A stretch of DNA of 64,000 nt from a candidate division WWE3 bacterium RIFOXYC1_FULL_40_10. GTDB taxonomy: Bacteria; Patescibacteriota; WWE3; UBA101185; UBA10185. Shown piece after piece: positions 38,434 through 48,636 of this stretch; positions within the stretch are counted from its first letter, which is position 1, and each line of letters opens with the position of its first letter. The translations under genes and the position numbers were made by a program. The notes beneath the pieces are model-generated. The model did not search any database and was not told the origin of the DNA. It saw only the letters and a program-made list of their open reading frames with translations. The DNA lies in NCBI GenBank assembly GCA_001773215.1, contig MEWB01000001.1, forward strand, positions 742,099 to 806,098, read 5' to 3'.

Positions 38434-40074
38434 ATGCCAAAACAAATTATTTATGATGAAAAAGCACGAGCAAAACTTAAAGCCGGTGTTGACGCCTTGG
38501 CAAAAGCCGTTGCAACAACTTTAGGTCCAAAAGGAGGCAATGTAGCCTTGGATAAAAGCTGGGGAACTCCTCAGGTAGTTCACGACGGAGTGACAGTAGC
38601 AAAAGAAATAGAACTGGAAGATAAATTCGAAAACATGGGCGCTCAAATAGTAAAAGAGGCTGCCTCAAAAACAAACGACACAGCCGGAGATGGCACTACA
38701 ACTTCTACAGTTTTAGCACAAGCTTTGGTTGAAGAAGGACTAAAAAATGTATCGGCTGGCGCAAATCCCATGATGATAAGACGTGGTCTAGAAAAGGCAG
38801 TCGCCCTAGCAGTTGAAGAAATAAAAAAACTAGCAAAACCTATTTCTAATAAAGAAGAAAAAGCTCAAGTCGCAATTATTTCTTCACAAAGCGAAAAAAT
38901 TGGGAATTTAATCGCAGAAGCTATGGAAAAAGTGGGATCCGCAGGAGTAATCACAGTTGATGAATCAAAAACGGCCGAGATTGAATTGGAATACAAAGAA
39001 GGTATGCAATTTGATCGCGGGTATGTTAGTCCTTACTTTGTAACAAATGCCGAAAAAATGGAAGCGGAAATTGAGGATCCTTACATTTTGGTAACCGACC
39101 AAAAAATCTCAAATATGCAGGATATGATGCCTATGCTCGAAAGCCTGGTAAAAGTTTCTAAAAATTTGGTGATACTAGCTGATGAAGTAGACGGGGAAGC
39201 ATTGGCTACTTTAGTGGTTAACAAGCTACGTGGTGTTCTAAATGTTTTAGCTGTAAAGGCCCCAGGGTTCGGGGATCGCCGCAAAGCAATACTGGAAGAT
39301 ATAGCCACCTTAACAGGAGCTAATATAATTAGCCAAGACACGGGTCGAAAACTCGATTCGGTGACTGTGGAAGACTTAGGCCACTGCGACAGAATAATAA
39401 GCGATAAAGACAACACCACAATTGTAGGAGGTAAAGGCAAAGAAGACACTATTAACGATAGGGTTAAAATAATCCAGGCGCAAATAGAACAAACTACAGC
39501 CGAATACGACAAAGAAAAACTTCAGGAAAGAATGGCTAAATTAACAGGCGGAGTAGCAGTTATAAACGTGGGAGCTTCAACAGAATCCGAATTAAAAGAA
39601 CTTAAGTTAAGAGTTGAAGACGCAGTCAATGCTACTAAAGCCGCAGTAGAAGAAGGCATAGTCGCCGGAGGTGGAATTACTTTCTTGAATATTAGACCTG
39701 CACTTGAAAAATTAACCTTACTAGGTGATGAGGCCACAGGAGCAAAAATACTTCTAAAAGCTTTAGAAAAGCCCGCAAGATTGATCATTAGAAACGCTGG
39801 TGCCGACGATGGCAAGGTATTAGCCGAAATCGAAAGACAGGCAAAAGACAATATTAATACAGGATTTGATGTAATTTCCATGGATTATGTTGACCTAGTG
39901 AAAAAGGGAATTATTGATCCGGCTAAAGTTGCCCGAAGTGCTCTGCAGAACGCAGTTAGTGCCGCAACTATGATTATTACAACCGAATGCTTGGTAACCG
40001 ATACCCCAAAGAAAGAATCCGAAACACCGGCAATGCCCGGAGGCGGAATGGGTGGCATGGGCGGAATGATGTAA
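38434..40074 (+). CDS. groEL: Chaperonin GroEL
   Basis: Full-length Hsp60 with a C-terminal GGM repeat ([13 protein letters not shown]). Confidence 0.95.
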   Translation: MPKQIIYDEKARAKLKAGVDALAKAVATTLGPKGGNVALDKSWGTPQVVHDGVTVAKEIELEDKFENMGAQIVKEAASKTNDTAGDGTTTSTVLAQALVEEGLKNVSAGANPMMIRRGLEKAVALAVEEIKKLAKPISNKEEKAQVAIISSQSEKIGNLIAEAMEKVGSAGVITVDESKTAEIELEYKEGMQFDRGYVSPYFVTNAEKMEAEIEDPYILVTDQKISNMQDMMPMLESLVKVSKNLVILADEVDGEALATLVVNKLRGVLNVLAVKAPGFGDRRKAILEDIATLTGANIISQDTGRKLDSVTVEDLGHCDRIISDKDNTTIVGGKGKEDTINDRVKIIQAQIEQTTAEYDKEKLQERMAKLTGGVAVINVGASTESELKELKLRVEDAVNATKAAVEEGIVAGGGITFLNIRPALEKLTLLGDEATGAKILLKALEKPARLIIRNAGADDGKVLAEIERQAKDNINTGFDVISMDYVDLVKKGIIDPAKVARSALQNAVSAATMIITTECLVTDTPKKESETPAMPGGGMGGMGGMM

Positions 40075-40104
40075 GAAAAATTTCGTAGTTAAGTTTAACA
40101 GCAT

Positions 40105-40140
40105 GAGGCGAGGGCTTTAGCCCTCGCCTCCCGTTTATTT
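40105..40140. terminator. Rho-independent terminator after groEL (bidirectional position)
   Basis: Perfect 11-bp stem GAGGCGAGGGC-TTTA-GCCCTCGCCTC followed by CCGTTTATTT. Confidence 0.75.
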
Positions 40141-40536
40141 CTAGGCTATCACTAAATTAAAAACAAAGTGTATGAAAATCGACAAACAAATCCCCGGAAC
40201 TACCCAATAAATCCCTTTTCTAAACGAATTCCACATAATAGTTAGAGTGCCACAGTGGAGTGTAACAAGTCCTAAAAATTTAGGTAAAAGCAAGTATACA
40301 GTCCCAAGCGCCCATAAATTCATAGAAAATAATACCGTCTCAGACAAAGTAAACAACACTCCAAATATTAATACCCACTTTATGCTTCTGTCTTTGTTTC
40401 GATAAAATAGCCCTGCAATTAGAACCAATTTCGCTAATTCCTCCACCAAGTACGGATAAGGTAGAACTTTTTCAACAGGCAACAGCAAAAAAGGAAAAAT
40501 TACACTTAGAAAACCCAGCCAGGGTATTTTACTCAT
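40141..40536 (-). CDS. Hypothetical 4-TM membrane protein (131 aa)
   Basis: Hydrophobic ORF whose start (ATGA) overlaps the stop of the upstream lipoprotein gene. Confidence 0.45.
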   Translation of the reverse strand: MSKIPWLGFLSVIFPFLLLPVEKVLPYPYLVEELAKLVLIAGLFYRNKDRSIKWVLIFGVLFTLSETVLFSMNLWALGTVYLLLPKFLGLVTLHCGTLTIMWNSFRKGIYWVVPGICLSIFIHFVFNLVIA

Positions 40537-42439
40537 TTTCTATACCTTCGATATAGTTATTATTTATCCAACCATCTAAATATTCTTTTCCTTCTACTAT
40601 GAAATCCACTTTTACCTTTGTCCAACCGCCTATTTCCTCCATAAAGGTAACCTCCCTAGACTCAGGTATCTTTCCTATGATCGCCGAGCTTAAAGAGCCT
40701 TTTTCCCTAACATTTACCGGATAACTATCTATTACAAGGACTCGAACTTTTTTTTCATTCTTTTGCTCTACAGCAGTCTCCTGAGCTACAGGGACCAACT
40801 CCTTGGATGGTTGCGTAACTTCAGCAGATTTGACTTCAGGGACGTAAACCTTGGGTACCTTGTTTTTTATTAGATAAATTGCCCCAAATAGTAACCCAAT
40901 GCTTGATGCCGCAACAAATATTACCAGTATAATGCCGTACCGCGGCCGTAACTTATTCTGAGTTACACTTGGAATGATCTGAGATACAGAGGCGGGTTGA
41001 TAGCCTGTGACTTTTCTCATATAGTAGGCCATAAAAACAAATCCCCCTATTAGCACTATTATTAAACCCCACACTCCCAAAGTCTGAGCACCACCAATAA
41101 ACCCTGTCATAGAGCCCAGTGCCCCCACCGACGAAACCAAATTCTCCAAACTATCCAATTTTTTATAAGCTTCCTGCTTTTCAGATTCAGCTTCTCTATA
41201 TGCTCTAATTTTTCCCTGAGGGGTGGCTGCTTCCTGCTGGATCCTAATGATTCTAGCCAAAGCGGCATCAACATCAGATTTTAGTAAAGTACCTTGAGCG
41301 TAATAGCTCGTACCCTTTAAAGGTTTATACAAACTCTCAGCCTGGGATTTAATAGAATCAAGTTCTTCTTGAGAAATTTGCCACACATCGGTTACCTCTA
41401 CTGTTATAACCTGGGTTTTTCCGGGGGCAAGTTCGAATTCAGCACTAACATAATAAGCCTCAGTGGTTGCGTCGTAATCAATTTTTAGCCCCAAGTCCAT
41501 TTCTAGAATATCTTCTCTTTTAATTTCTTTAGGGAGGTAATATTTTAAGGGAACAGTTTGATTAGATACGGTTGAAGGGTTGGTAATTAGTGTTTTGAAA
41601 ATAATACTTCCTTCTTCAAGCCAAGTCTTAATAATGGGTTGGTTAGTGACTTTTTCAAGAAGCTGTCTGTTTACATCAACAACAGCTCTCAAAGCCATTA
41701 GCTTGTTTTTTACCTCTTTAGTGTCGTCCAAGCTTGTTTCTGCTAACGAAAGTATTGAGTCAACGTCCTCGACAGTATTTATATCGTCGATTTCATCGGA
41801 AATATCATCTACTTTGTTATAAATATCCTCAGCAGAGTAAGTCCCCCACTTTGCTACAAGGGCATCTATATCTACCTCTATGGCAGTTAACTTATCTACC
41901 TGGTCCTTAACTCCCTTAACTTTTCCAAAGACCGTATTGGCAACCGAAGTGTCGGAAGGGGAACCGATTAAAGTTACAATATCCCCTAAATCATAGTTAT
42001 TTACCGTTTGTATCGCCAAAAGGGTGTCATCAACCGAAGTAGATATATCCTCAAAATCATCTCCAACAATAAAACTCTTGTCGTAATACCCTGTTTCTCC
42101 CCCGTAGGTACAAGAAATTAAAGCTCTGTAAAAACCTTCGGGAGTTGTAATATTCGATGTATAGCTATGCCAACCGTCACTACTCGCCACCATGGCATGA
42201 TCTTCTAGAACTAAATCCCCACTGGGATTTCTAATATCAAGTGTGCATGCTGAAGATACAATAGGCGCCCCTGTGTTATCAAAAACGAACTCCCCAATTA
42301 CGCAATCTACTCCGGACCGGCAACGCTGATAATCCTGAGCCCCTTGAGTAGAAAGAAAACATGCACTCAACAAAGTGAGTGTTGTTACAAGCAAGGTTCT
42401 GGATACTAAACTAACTTTTCTTACTTTCATCCTTACCAT
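40529..42439 (-). CDS. Large surface lipoprotein with C-terminal TM segments and an SH3b-like tail
   Basis: Signal peptide with lipobox LLSAC. A long extracellular region, two TM helices, and a C-terminal GWTKVKV...GW segment. Confidence 0.5.
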   Translation of the reverse strand: MVRMKVRKVSLVSRTLLVTTLTLLSACFLSTQGAQDYQRCRSGVDCVIGEFVFDNTGAPIVSSACTLDIRNPSGDLVLEDHAMVASSDGWHSYTSNITTPEGFYRALISCTYGGETGYYDKSFIVGDDFEDISTSVDDTLLAIQTVNNYDLGDIVTLIGSPSDTSVANTVFGKVKGVKDQVDKLTAIEVDIDALVAKWGTYSAEDIYNKVDDISDEIDDINTVEDVDSILSLAETSLDDTKEVKNKLMALRAVVDVNRQLLEKVTNQPIIKTWLEEGSIIFKTLITNPSTVSNQTVPLKYYLPKEIKREDILEMDLGLKIDYDATTEAYYVSAEFELAPGKTQVITVEVTDVWQISQEELDSIKSQAESLYKPLKGTSYYAQGTLLKSDVDAALARIIRIQQEAATPQGKIRAYREAESEKQEAYKKLDSLENLVSSVGALGSMTGFIGGAQTLGVWGLIIVLIGGFVFMAYYMRKVTGYQPASVSQIIPSVTQNKLRPRYGIILVIFVAASSIGLLFGAIYLIKNKVPKVYVPEVKSAEVTQPSKELVPVAQETAVEQKNEKKVRVLVIDSYPVNVREKGSLSSAIIGKIPESREVTFMEEIGGWTKVKVDFIVEGKEYLDGWINNNYIEGIENE

Positions 42440-42578
42440 CCGACTTTAGAGCGCTCTTAAATTCCTTGATGGCATCTCCCAATCCTCTTGCCAGCTCGGG
42501 GAGTTTCTTTCCACCAAAAAGCAGAAGCAAAACGAGCAAAACTACAACAATTTCAGTTGTTCCGATATTTCCAAACAA
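42411..42578 (-). CDS. tatA: Sec-independent translocase TatA/E (55 aa, TTG start), missed by the ORF track
   Basis: AGGAGG RBS 8 nt upstream of TTG. (M)FGNIGTTEIVVVLLVLLLLFGGKKLPELARGLGDAIKEFKSALK matches the TatA TM helix plus amphipathic helix. The 3' end overlaps the start of the next gene. Confidence 0.65.
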   Translation of the reverse strand: MFGNIGTTEIVVVLLVLLLLFGGKKLPELARGLGDAIKEFKSALKSDGKDESKKS

Positions 42579-42583
42579 TCAGT

Positions 42584-43276
42584 TCACCTCCTAGTCTTTT
42601 TAAGACAAAAAATTGTTATTTCAAACAAAAGTACTAATGGAACTACCATTGCTACCATAGATAATACGTCTGTAGGCGGTAGCAACGCTACAAAAATTAT
42701 AGCACAGGCAAAGATATAGGGACGTTTAGAAATTAACATTTCAAGTTCTAAGATCCCAACCTTCACTAATACTGCCAACACAATCGGAAATTCAAACACC
42801 AGTCCAAGCATTGTGGCGGTGATTAGCACTTGAGAGATAAATACCTGGATATCCCAATAATTACCAATTCTTGTACCATAAAGCAAATCAGCAAATGTAA
42901 AAATAACGAATTTCATTAACAAGACGCCAAATATAAACCCAACGAAAAACAATACCAAAGCTAAGAAAGAATAAGTCGCAACTAGGCGCCGTTCACCTTT
43001 ATTTAAAGCAGGAAGGACAAATCTAGCCAATAAAAAAACCACTACCGGCAGGGTAATTACTATAGCCACAAGAAAACCAGTATTAGCGGAGAGATTAAAT
43101 ACCTGTAGAGGGGATGTAACAGTCATCTGGATATTGGTAAGATTAAAAATTTTTAGAAAAATTACGAGTAAATTCTTCGAAAATCCAAACCCCAAACAAA
43201 AGGCAACTATAAAAAAAGCTCCTACAACCAAAGCAATTTTTCTTAAGCTGGCCAAATAGTGATCGTACCTAGTCAC
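42584..43276 (-). CDS. tatC: Sec-independent translocase TatC
   Basis: 6-TM TatC pattern, 230 aa. Confidence 0.8.
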   Translation of the reverse strand: MTRYDHYLASLRKIALVVGAFFIVAFCLGFGFSKNLLVIFLKIFNLTNIQMTVTSPLQVFNLSANTGFLVAIVITLPVVVFLLARFVLPALNKGERRLVATYSFLALVLFFVGFIFGVLLMKFVIFTFADLLYGTRIGNYWDIQVFISQVLITATMLGLVFEFPIVLAVLVKVGILELEMLISKRPYIFACAIIFVALLPPTDVLSMVAMVVPLVLLFEITIFCLKKTRR

Positions 43277-43277
43277 A

Positions 43278-45680
43278 TTAACCCCCGCTAGCTCTTAAAT
43301 ATCTGGACAAAGTAATGTGCTGCCGCGACGCTGTGGACCCCCCAAGCGAAATGGGAGGGCTCATTGGTAAGGCATCCGTCCAATAATCCAACGAGCCTGA
43401 GTCCAAAGTGTGACTTGTAGGATAGGTGACCACGATATCATCAAAGTAAACGTAAGCGTTGGTTGTGATAGCTCCTGTCCGGGCACTTAGAGAAACCGTT
43501 ATCTGTCCGTAAGCGGTTATCGGAGTGAATGGAAGTTGTAAAAGTTGCCAGTCGGTTGTTTCTGTGGCCTGAACATAGGTTATCGTTCCATCATCGTAAT
43601 CTATAGTTAATCTTGGTAATTGATGGGTTCCTGAATAATAATTCGCTGAGGCTATCTTGCACCATATCCCTACTATCATGGTTTTGTTTTGGATATTTCC
43701 CGTAGGGATAGTAAACTGCCAATCATTTAACGAATTAGTGCTGTTTTCGGGCTTGTAACGTATAGCCAACCCATCCGCCGTATGACAAGTGGTATCAGTA
43801 AGCCCTGCACCTGTGGACTGGGTTACTCCATACTTAAAATAGCAGGTGTGGTTGTTAGCCACCTGGTCGTTGGTATCAATTTTTATATAAGAACCAAGAG
43901 TCATGCCAGAATAATTATTCACATCATTTGTAGAACCCAAAATACAGTTCTTAACGATAACTCTCTGGTAGGTAGACGAGGTTATATCTATATTGTTCGT
44001 TCCTGCAGACTTGTTTCCCCATTCGCAATCCTCAAATACCGTGTCAATAGTATTTACCGTAAGTGATACATTGCTCGTTGCTTTATCAGAATGACAACGA
44101 GTAAACGTGTTTAAAATAAATGTACCGTAGATTCTGTAACCACCCGCTCCCCCACATATTCTCATATCTGTAAAAGTACAGTTTACGCAGTTGCTCAGAA
44201 GAAGCGGGTCGTATGTACCCGAACCAGAACCACCGCTCTGAATGTTACTTATTGTAGAATTAAGGGCATAACTGATGTAGAACGTGGCATTAGCACCAAG
44301 GTTCCCCGCATAAATATGATCAATGGTTCCATTAAATATCGTCAAACCTTTAGAGTTTCCCCAGTCCCCTTGTCTCATAAATATATACTGGTAGTGGGTT
44401 CCTGTCATGGCTGTTGTAACAGCGGTTACTGCTGCATAGCTAACCAAATTGGGTCCCAACGTAGTAGTTCTTTGCATAATCAAAGTGTCTATTTCGTAAG
44501 GGGTAAAGCGGGTTGTGTCTATTGCCCCATATGAGGTACACTGCAACATCACACAACCAGAATCAACAAATACACCACTAACTTTCCACGTGTGAAATTG
44601 ACCGCCCGCCATTGAACCAGTGCCATTAAGTTTTATTCCACACCTGCTTGCTCTGGTAAAATTCCAAACAACAAAATCTGCATAGTGCAGATAAGTAAGA
44701 TTAGCAACGGTTGTTATAGATGTGCCCGATATAGAAGAAATTGTTGGTGACTCATAGCCGACATTTAAGCTGTTAGCACCCAGAACATCAATCACATCTG
44801 TGGCTACCCATGATGCCGACATATCATCGGTAGTAGTGATAATCTTTTGGGAGGCTGCAGCGTTAGAAGCCAGGGTTGTATAATAACTTGTCGGCTTCTC
44901 CCCATACAATGAGATCTCATTTTGTATTGGAACTGCATAATTAACTCCAAAATAATGATTAGCGATATTTATAATAGCTTGCTGAGCATAAGGTATTCTG
45001 TTTGTACTATCACCAACCTCAAGCCGTAAATCTCTTGACCAATAAAGACTGGTGACCGTAAGAGTGTAACTTGCTGCTGGTGTACTATCCCACACAAGAT
45101 GCGTATTAACTCCTGTAGCGACTGTCGTCGCGGTGATGCTCTGGTCAATGGTAAAAACTTGCCCGTCACGAAAAACAATATTGTCTCCCGACGAATAAGA
45201 GGTCGTCGCTGTGAGAACAACGCCATAACTATACCCCGAACGAAGGTAAACTTGGCCCGAAGCACTTGCTTGTATCCACCATCTCCATGTAGAAGCACCG
45301 GTTGTAACAGCAGCAGCGGTGCCAAGCTCAAAATAATGACCCATTAAGTATCCAGCCACATAACCACTATGAGTACTTAAAATATCAGATTGTGTTGCTG
45401 TTACTGTAGCCCCTGCTACATCTCCCCATGCACCACCAGAGTATTGTTGAAGTTTCACAGTTACCGTAGTACCTGCCGCAAAAGCTCCGTTTGTGGATAA
45501 TGCTATAAACACACCTTCGCAATCTCCTGCTTCATTCGGGGTAAATTCTTGAGTCCTTACTGTGCCTATATCAGTTCCCGCAGAAGCCTCAGACATATTC
45601 GGTGCCCACGAAAAAGCCACCACTTTTTGTGGTGTTAAGGTCGAAAAAGCTCCTCCCGCTTTATAGAAAATTGTTGCCAT
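43278..45680 (-). CDS. Large Thr/Ser/Gly-rich right-handed beta-helix (pectate-lyase-fold-like) protein without a signal peptide
   Basis: 800 aa. Parallel beta-helix-type repeats (NCTFTDMRICGG..., IVKNCILGSTND...). No N-terminal hydrophobic segment. Located 1 nt upstream of tatC. Confidence 0.5.
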   Translation of the reverse strand: MATIFYKAGGAFSTLTPQKVVAFSWAPNMSEASAGTDIGTVRTQEFTPNEAGDCEGVFIALSTNGAFAAGTTVTVKLQQYSGGAWGDVAGATVTATQSDILSTHSGYVAGYLMGHYFELGTAAAVTTGASTWRWWIQASASGQVYLRSGYSYGVVLTATTSYSSGDNIVFRDGQVFTIDQSITATTVATGVNTHLVWDSTPAASYTLTVTSLYWSRDLRLEVGDSTNRIPYAQQAIINIANHYFGVNYAVPIQNEISLYGEKPTSYYTTLASNAAASQKIITTTDDMSASWVATDVIDVLGANSLNVGYESPTISSISGTSITTVANLTYLHYADFVVWNFTRASRCGIKLNGTGSMAGGQFHTWKVSGVFVDSGCVMLQCTSYGAIDTTRFTPYEIDTLIMQRTTTLGPNLVSYAAVTAVTTAMTGTHYQYIFMRQGDWGNSKGLTIFNGTIDHIYAGNLGANATFYISYALNSTISNIQSGGSGSGTYDPLLLSNCVNCTFTDMRICGGAGGYRIYGTFILNTFTRCHSDKATSNVSLTVNTIDTVFEDCEWGNKSAGTNNIDITSSTYQRVIVKNCILGSTNDVNNYSGMTLGSYIKIDTNDQVANNHTCYFKYGVTQSTGAGLTDTTCHTADGLAIRYKPENSTNSLNDWQFTIPTGNIQNKTMIVGIWCKIASANYYSGTHQLPRLTIDYDDGTITYVQATETTDWQLLQLPFTPITAYGQITVSLSARTGAITTNAYVYFDDIVVTYPTSHTLDSGSLDYWTDALPMSPPISLGGSTASRQHITLSRYLRASGG

Positions 45681-45686
45681 ACCACC

Positions 45687-46160
45687 CTAGCTTCTTTCCT
45701 TCGTGCCATAAGCGATTGTTTTATCAGCAGAGGCACAAACAAGGTAAATACTCTGCCCGGATCCCAAATCCATATTCAGACTTCCCCCCGAGGAAATCAA
45801 TCTTCTCAAAGCGGATGTACCAGCAATACCGGAACTCCATCCCCAATAAACACTGCTATCGGAGCTGTTGTAAATATCTAAAATATAATCTTTTGAGGGA
45901 ACATTCCCACTAGCCGGGCATTGGTACGCAGTATCCTGGGTGGTAAGCGTCAACGAATAATCCGCCCCCGACCCAGAGAAATTCTTGATGCCTATGGGAT
46001 CCGGTACACCTGTGGAACCAAAACTTAGGGCGTTGGATTTTTTGTTTAATAAAAAACCCACCAAAGAAACAATTCCGATAGAAAAAAGGTATTTAAAAAA
46101 CTTCCTGCGCTCGTAATCAGGTTTTTCAATATCAATTAGTGTAGTTATTCGGTCGTTCAT
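45687..46160 (-). CDS. Small exported protein with a twin-arginine (RRKFFKYL) signal or anchor
   Basis: Reads MNDRITTLIDIEKPDYERRKFFKYLFSIGIVSLVGFLL: an n-region, RR-x-FF-K, then an h-region. Two Cys in the mature part. Confidence 0.5.
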   Translation of the reverse strand: MNDRITTLIDIEKPDYERRKFFKYLFSIGIVSLVGFLLNKKSNALSFGSTGVPDPIGIKNFSGSGADYSLTLTTQDTAYQCPASGNVPSKDYILDIYNSSDSSVYWGWSSGIAGTSALRRLISSGGSLNMDLGSGQSIYLVCASADKTIAYGTKERS

Positions 46161-46215
46161 ATTGGCAGATTTCTGTACATTATTATAAATGTTATGTCTA
46201 TGAACGACAATGGTC

Positions 46216-48075
46216 CTAGTTATACCCCTCGGCCTGCAGTTTAAATGCTTCTGCGTAAAACCCCCCCATAGCCATCAATTCCTCGTGGGAGCCTTCCTCC
46301 ACAATCACTCCCCCGTCGATTACAATTATCCTGTCGGCATTTCGTACTGTGGAAAATTTGTGTGAAATTATAATAACGGTTTTATTTTTGAAAAACTTAT
46401 AAATGTTACCAAAGATTTTCGATTCCGATACAGGATCGATAGCTGCAGTAGGCTCGTCAAAAATCACCAAGGGGGCATCTCTATAAAAAAACCTGGCAAT
46501 AGCTATTTTTTGCCACTGGCCTGAGGAAGGTCTAATACCTCCTTTATATCTTTCACTTAAAACCTGTTTAAATTTGTTCGGATAATCTTGGATAAACGAA
46601 TAGCAATCAGCCGACTTAGCCGACTCCTCAACTTTCTCTCTATCGATTGGTTTAGAGGTATCACCTATGTAAATATTCTCTTCCGCGGTTAACTGGCCGT
46701 AAGTGTTATATTCCTGAAAAAGTGTTCCCATGTTTTTATACAAAGATTCCGAAGAGATTTCGTTTATGTTTGTGCCATTAACATAAATACCACCCTTGTC
46801 TACTGGGTAAAATCTGCAAAGCAATTTAACTAAAGTTGTCTTTCCCGCCCCGTTTTTACCAACAATGGCAAGTTTTTCGTTTGGCTTGATCCTAAGATCT
46901 AGTCCTTTTAATACATATCTGTCAGTTCGGGGATACTTAAAACTTACATTATCTAATCTGATTTCAGGGCCTTCTTTAAACTTAGAAACCCTTACGGAGC
47001 CATCTTTAAAAGTTGACTCCATTGCAAACAAGGTATACATATCCTTGTATCTCAATGCCGATTCCAACACGTCATTTACGCTAGAAATGAATGAGTCCAG
47101 CGTATTTCTAAAAGATTCAATTGTTCTATACCAAAAAGTTACATCTCCTATAGAGATAAGTTTTAGAAAAAGCCTTCTAATAACCTCTGCGAGCATACCA
47201 AAGGATATTACATTCGTAACCAGAGTGAAACTATAATCGGATATCATCCATTCTTTCCATGTATCTATAGATTTTTTGGCGAATTTCTCACTAAAATCCA
47301 TAAATAACTTATCTAAAAAGTTATGAGAATTTGTGATATTTATTTCCTCTAGTTTTGAAGATTCCGATAGATTAGAGGCACAGGCAACTGCCTGCCTACG
47401 CTCCTCTGTTGTGTCAAACTCCAAATTAAACAAGCGCCTTCGAAACTTTTTATCGATGTATATATAGGGTATATAAACCAATACCAAAATTGCCACGAAG
47501 CTAGGAGCAAATGTAAATACCAATCCTCCTGTAGTGAAAACTTTAACAATAGTAGAAAATATGGATATAGATTGACTATAGAAATCTACTGCACTCCACA
47601 AATAGTCCTGCGCTCGTGTGATTTTGTCGTTAACCCCGGGCTGCTCGAGAGTTTGTATTCCTAGAACTTGTAATTTTTGATAAAAATATCTTCGAACTTT
47701 GTAACGGTTTCTGGTACGCAAATAGGTGCGGGATAAGCGATAGAAAAATCTTATTATCATCATTAAAAAGTTATAAGCAAATAGTACTCCTAGTATCTTG
47801 TAGGTGTCGGATAACTGTGGGTTTGTACCCTGCGAAAGTTTGATCAATGAGTCTATTAGCCAACCCATTAAATACGCGTTCACCAAATCCTGTAGGTAAA
47901 AAATGGTATCTCCTACCACATAAATGATAGAGTTGATAGGATCAACTTTGAACATTAATTCTATTACCCATTTTAGAACCTGCACAAACTCTTTTGTGGA
48001 AAGTTTCTTGCTGAAGGAATCGTTGGAATCTTGTGGTTTGGATGTGGTTTCTTTAGACATAAAAGGCTTCCTCAT
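46216..48075 (-). CDS. ABC exporter, fused permease-ATPase (MsbA/MdlB-like)
   Basis: N-terminal 6-TM domain. Walker A GKNGAGKTT, signature SSGQWQKIAIAR, Walker B VIFDEPTAAID. Confidence 0.8.
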   Translation of the reverse strand: MRKPFMSKETTSKPQDSNDSFSKKLSTKEFVQVLKWVIELMFKVDPINSIIYVVGDTIFYLQDLVNAYLMGWLIDSLIKLSQGTNPQLSDTYKILGVLFAYNFLMMIIRFFYRLSRTYLRTRNRYKVRRYFYQKLQVLGIQTLEQPGVNDKITRAQDYLWSAVDFYSQSISIFSTIVKVFTTGGLVFTFAPSFVAILVLVYIPYIYIDKKFRRRLFNLEFDTTEERRQAVACASNLSESSKLEEINITNSHNFLDKLFMDFSEKFAKKSIDTWKEWMISDYSFTLVTNVISFGMLAEVIRRLFLKLISIGDVTFWYRTIESFRNTLDSFISSVNDVLESALRYKDMYTLFAMESTFKDGSVRVSKFKEGPEIRLDNVSFKYPRTDRYVLKGLDLRIKPNEKLAIVGKNGAGKTTLVKLLCRFYPVDKGGIYVNGTNINEISSESLYKNMGTLFQEYNTYGQLTAEENIYIGDTSKPIDREKVEESAKSADCYSFIQDYPNKFKQVLSERYKGGIRPSSGQWQKIAIARFFYRDAPLVIFDEPTAAIDPVSESKIFGNIYKFFKNKTVIIISHKFSTVRNADRIIVIDGGVIVEEGSHEELMAMGGFYAEAFKLQAEGYN

Positions 48076-48194
48076 TTTGAGCTGTACTCACTTTTTTGTC
48101 AAGACTTTACAATTAACATTGTAATATGTGAATTTGATTTTTTTACCAAACATTAGTAGAATTCCCCTCACATAAAGGCGTAAAGGAGAAAGTA

Positions 48195-48584
48195 ATGCCT
48201 ACTACACAAAAATGTCACCTAATGTTCGTAAACTTCCAGAACCAAACACAGAAAGTAGGTCCTGAGCTTGTGGTCGAGCTTAGTAACCTGGTGGACAAAG
48301 TACTCACACCGGGATTTGAGAAAAAAGTACGAACTATGATCCGATCGGCACTTAAGTCTGCGCATAACTACGGAGCCCACGGAGTTGTGTGTCTTCTGTC
48401 TGTCAATCGCTACCCCCCTAAAAAGCTGTTCGAAGTGAACCTTGCTCAATGGCATTACAACCAGGACAAGTTTCAGGATCGAGGGTGGAATCACGACGAG
48501 TTTATGGCTGAAATTCTCAGAAACGCATGCTCGGAAATGCTCCAAGCACTTGCTCATCTAGCCACTTTCCCAAACAGTGAGTAG
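48195..48584 (+). CDS. Hypothetical soluble protein (129 aa), modestly GC-shifted orphan
   Basis: AAAGGAG RBS. Sits between the ABC gene promoter region and a strong terminator. No known motif. Confidence 0.5.
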   Translation: MPTTQKCHLMFVNFQNQTQKVGPELVVELSNLVDKVLTPGFEKKVRTMIRSALKSAHNYGAHGVVCLLSVNRYPPKKLFEVNLAQWHYNQDKFQDRGWNHDEFMAEILRNACSEMLQALAHLATFPNSE

Positions 48585-48597
48585 CTAAACTTAGTCA

Positions 48598-48636
48598 AAG
48601 GAGGGGAAACTAAATATTTTCCCTCCTTATTTTATT
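48598..48636. terminator. Terminator shared by the convergent 48195 (+) and nucleotidyltransferase (-) genes
   Basis: GGAGGGGAAA-loop-TTTCCCTCC stem followed by TTATTTTATT. Confidence 0.55.

Noticed and set aside
43278-46160. The 800-aa beta-helix protein plus the small upstream protein considered as prophage tail-fibre/tailspike genes
   Set aside because: No other phage genes (terminase, portal, capsid, integrase) are in the window. The genes are embedded in a tatCA/ABC-exporter context, so a secretion-related role is more parsimonious. A phage origin is not excluded for the beta-helix domain itself.
48074-48102. Apparent TTGACA-N17-CAAAAT promoter on the minus strand upstream of the ABC exporter gene
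   Set aside because: Careful indexing shows that what looked like the -10 hexamer overlaps the ABC gene's own ATG, and that the apparent GAGGAAG RBS is really codons 1-3 (ATG AGG AAG). It therefore cannot be this gene's promoter.
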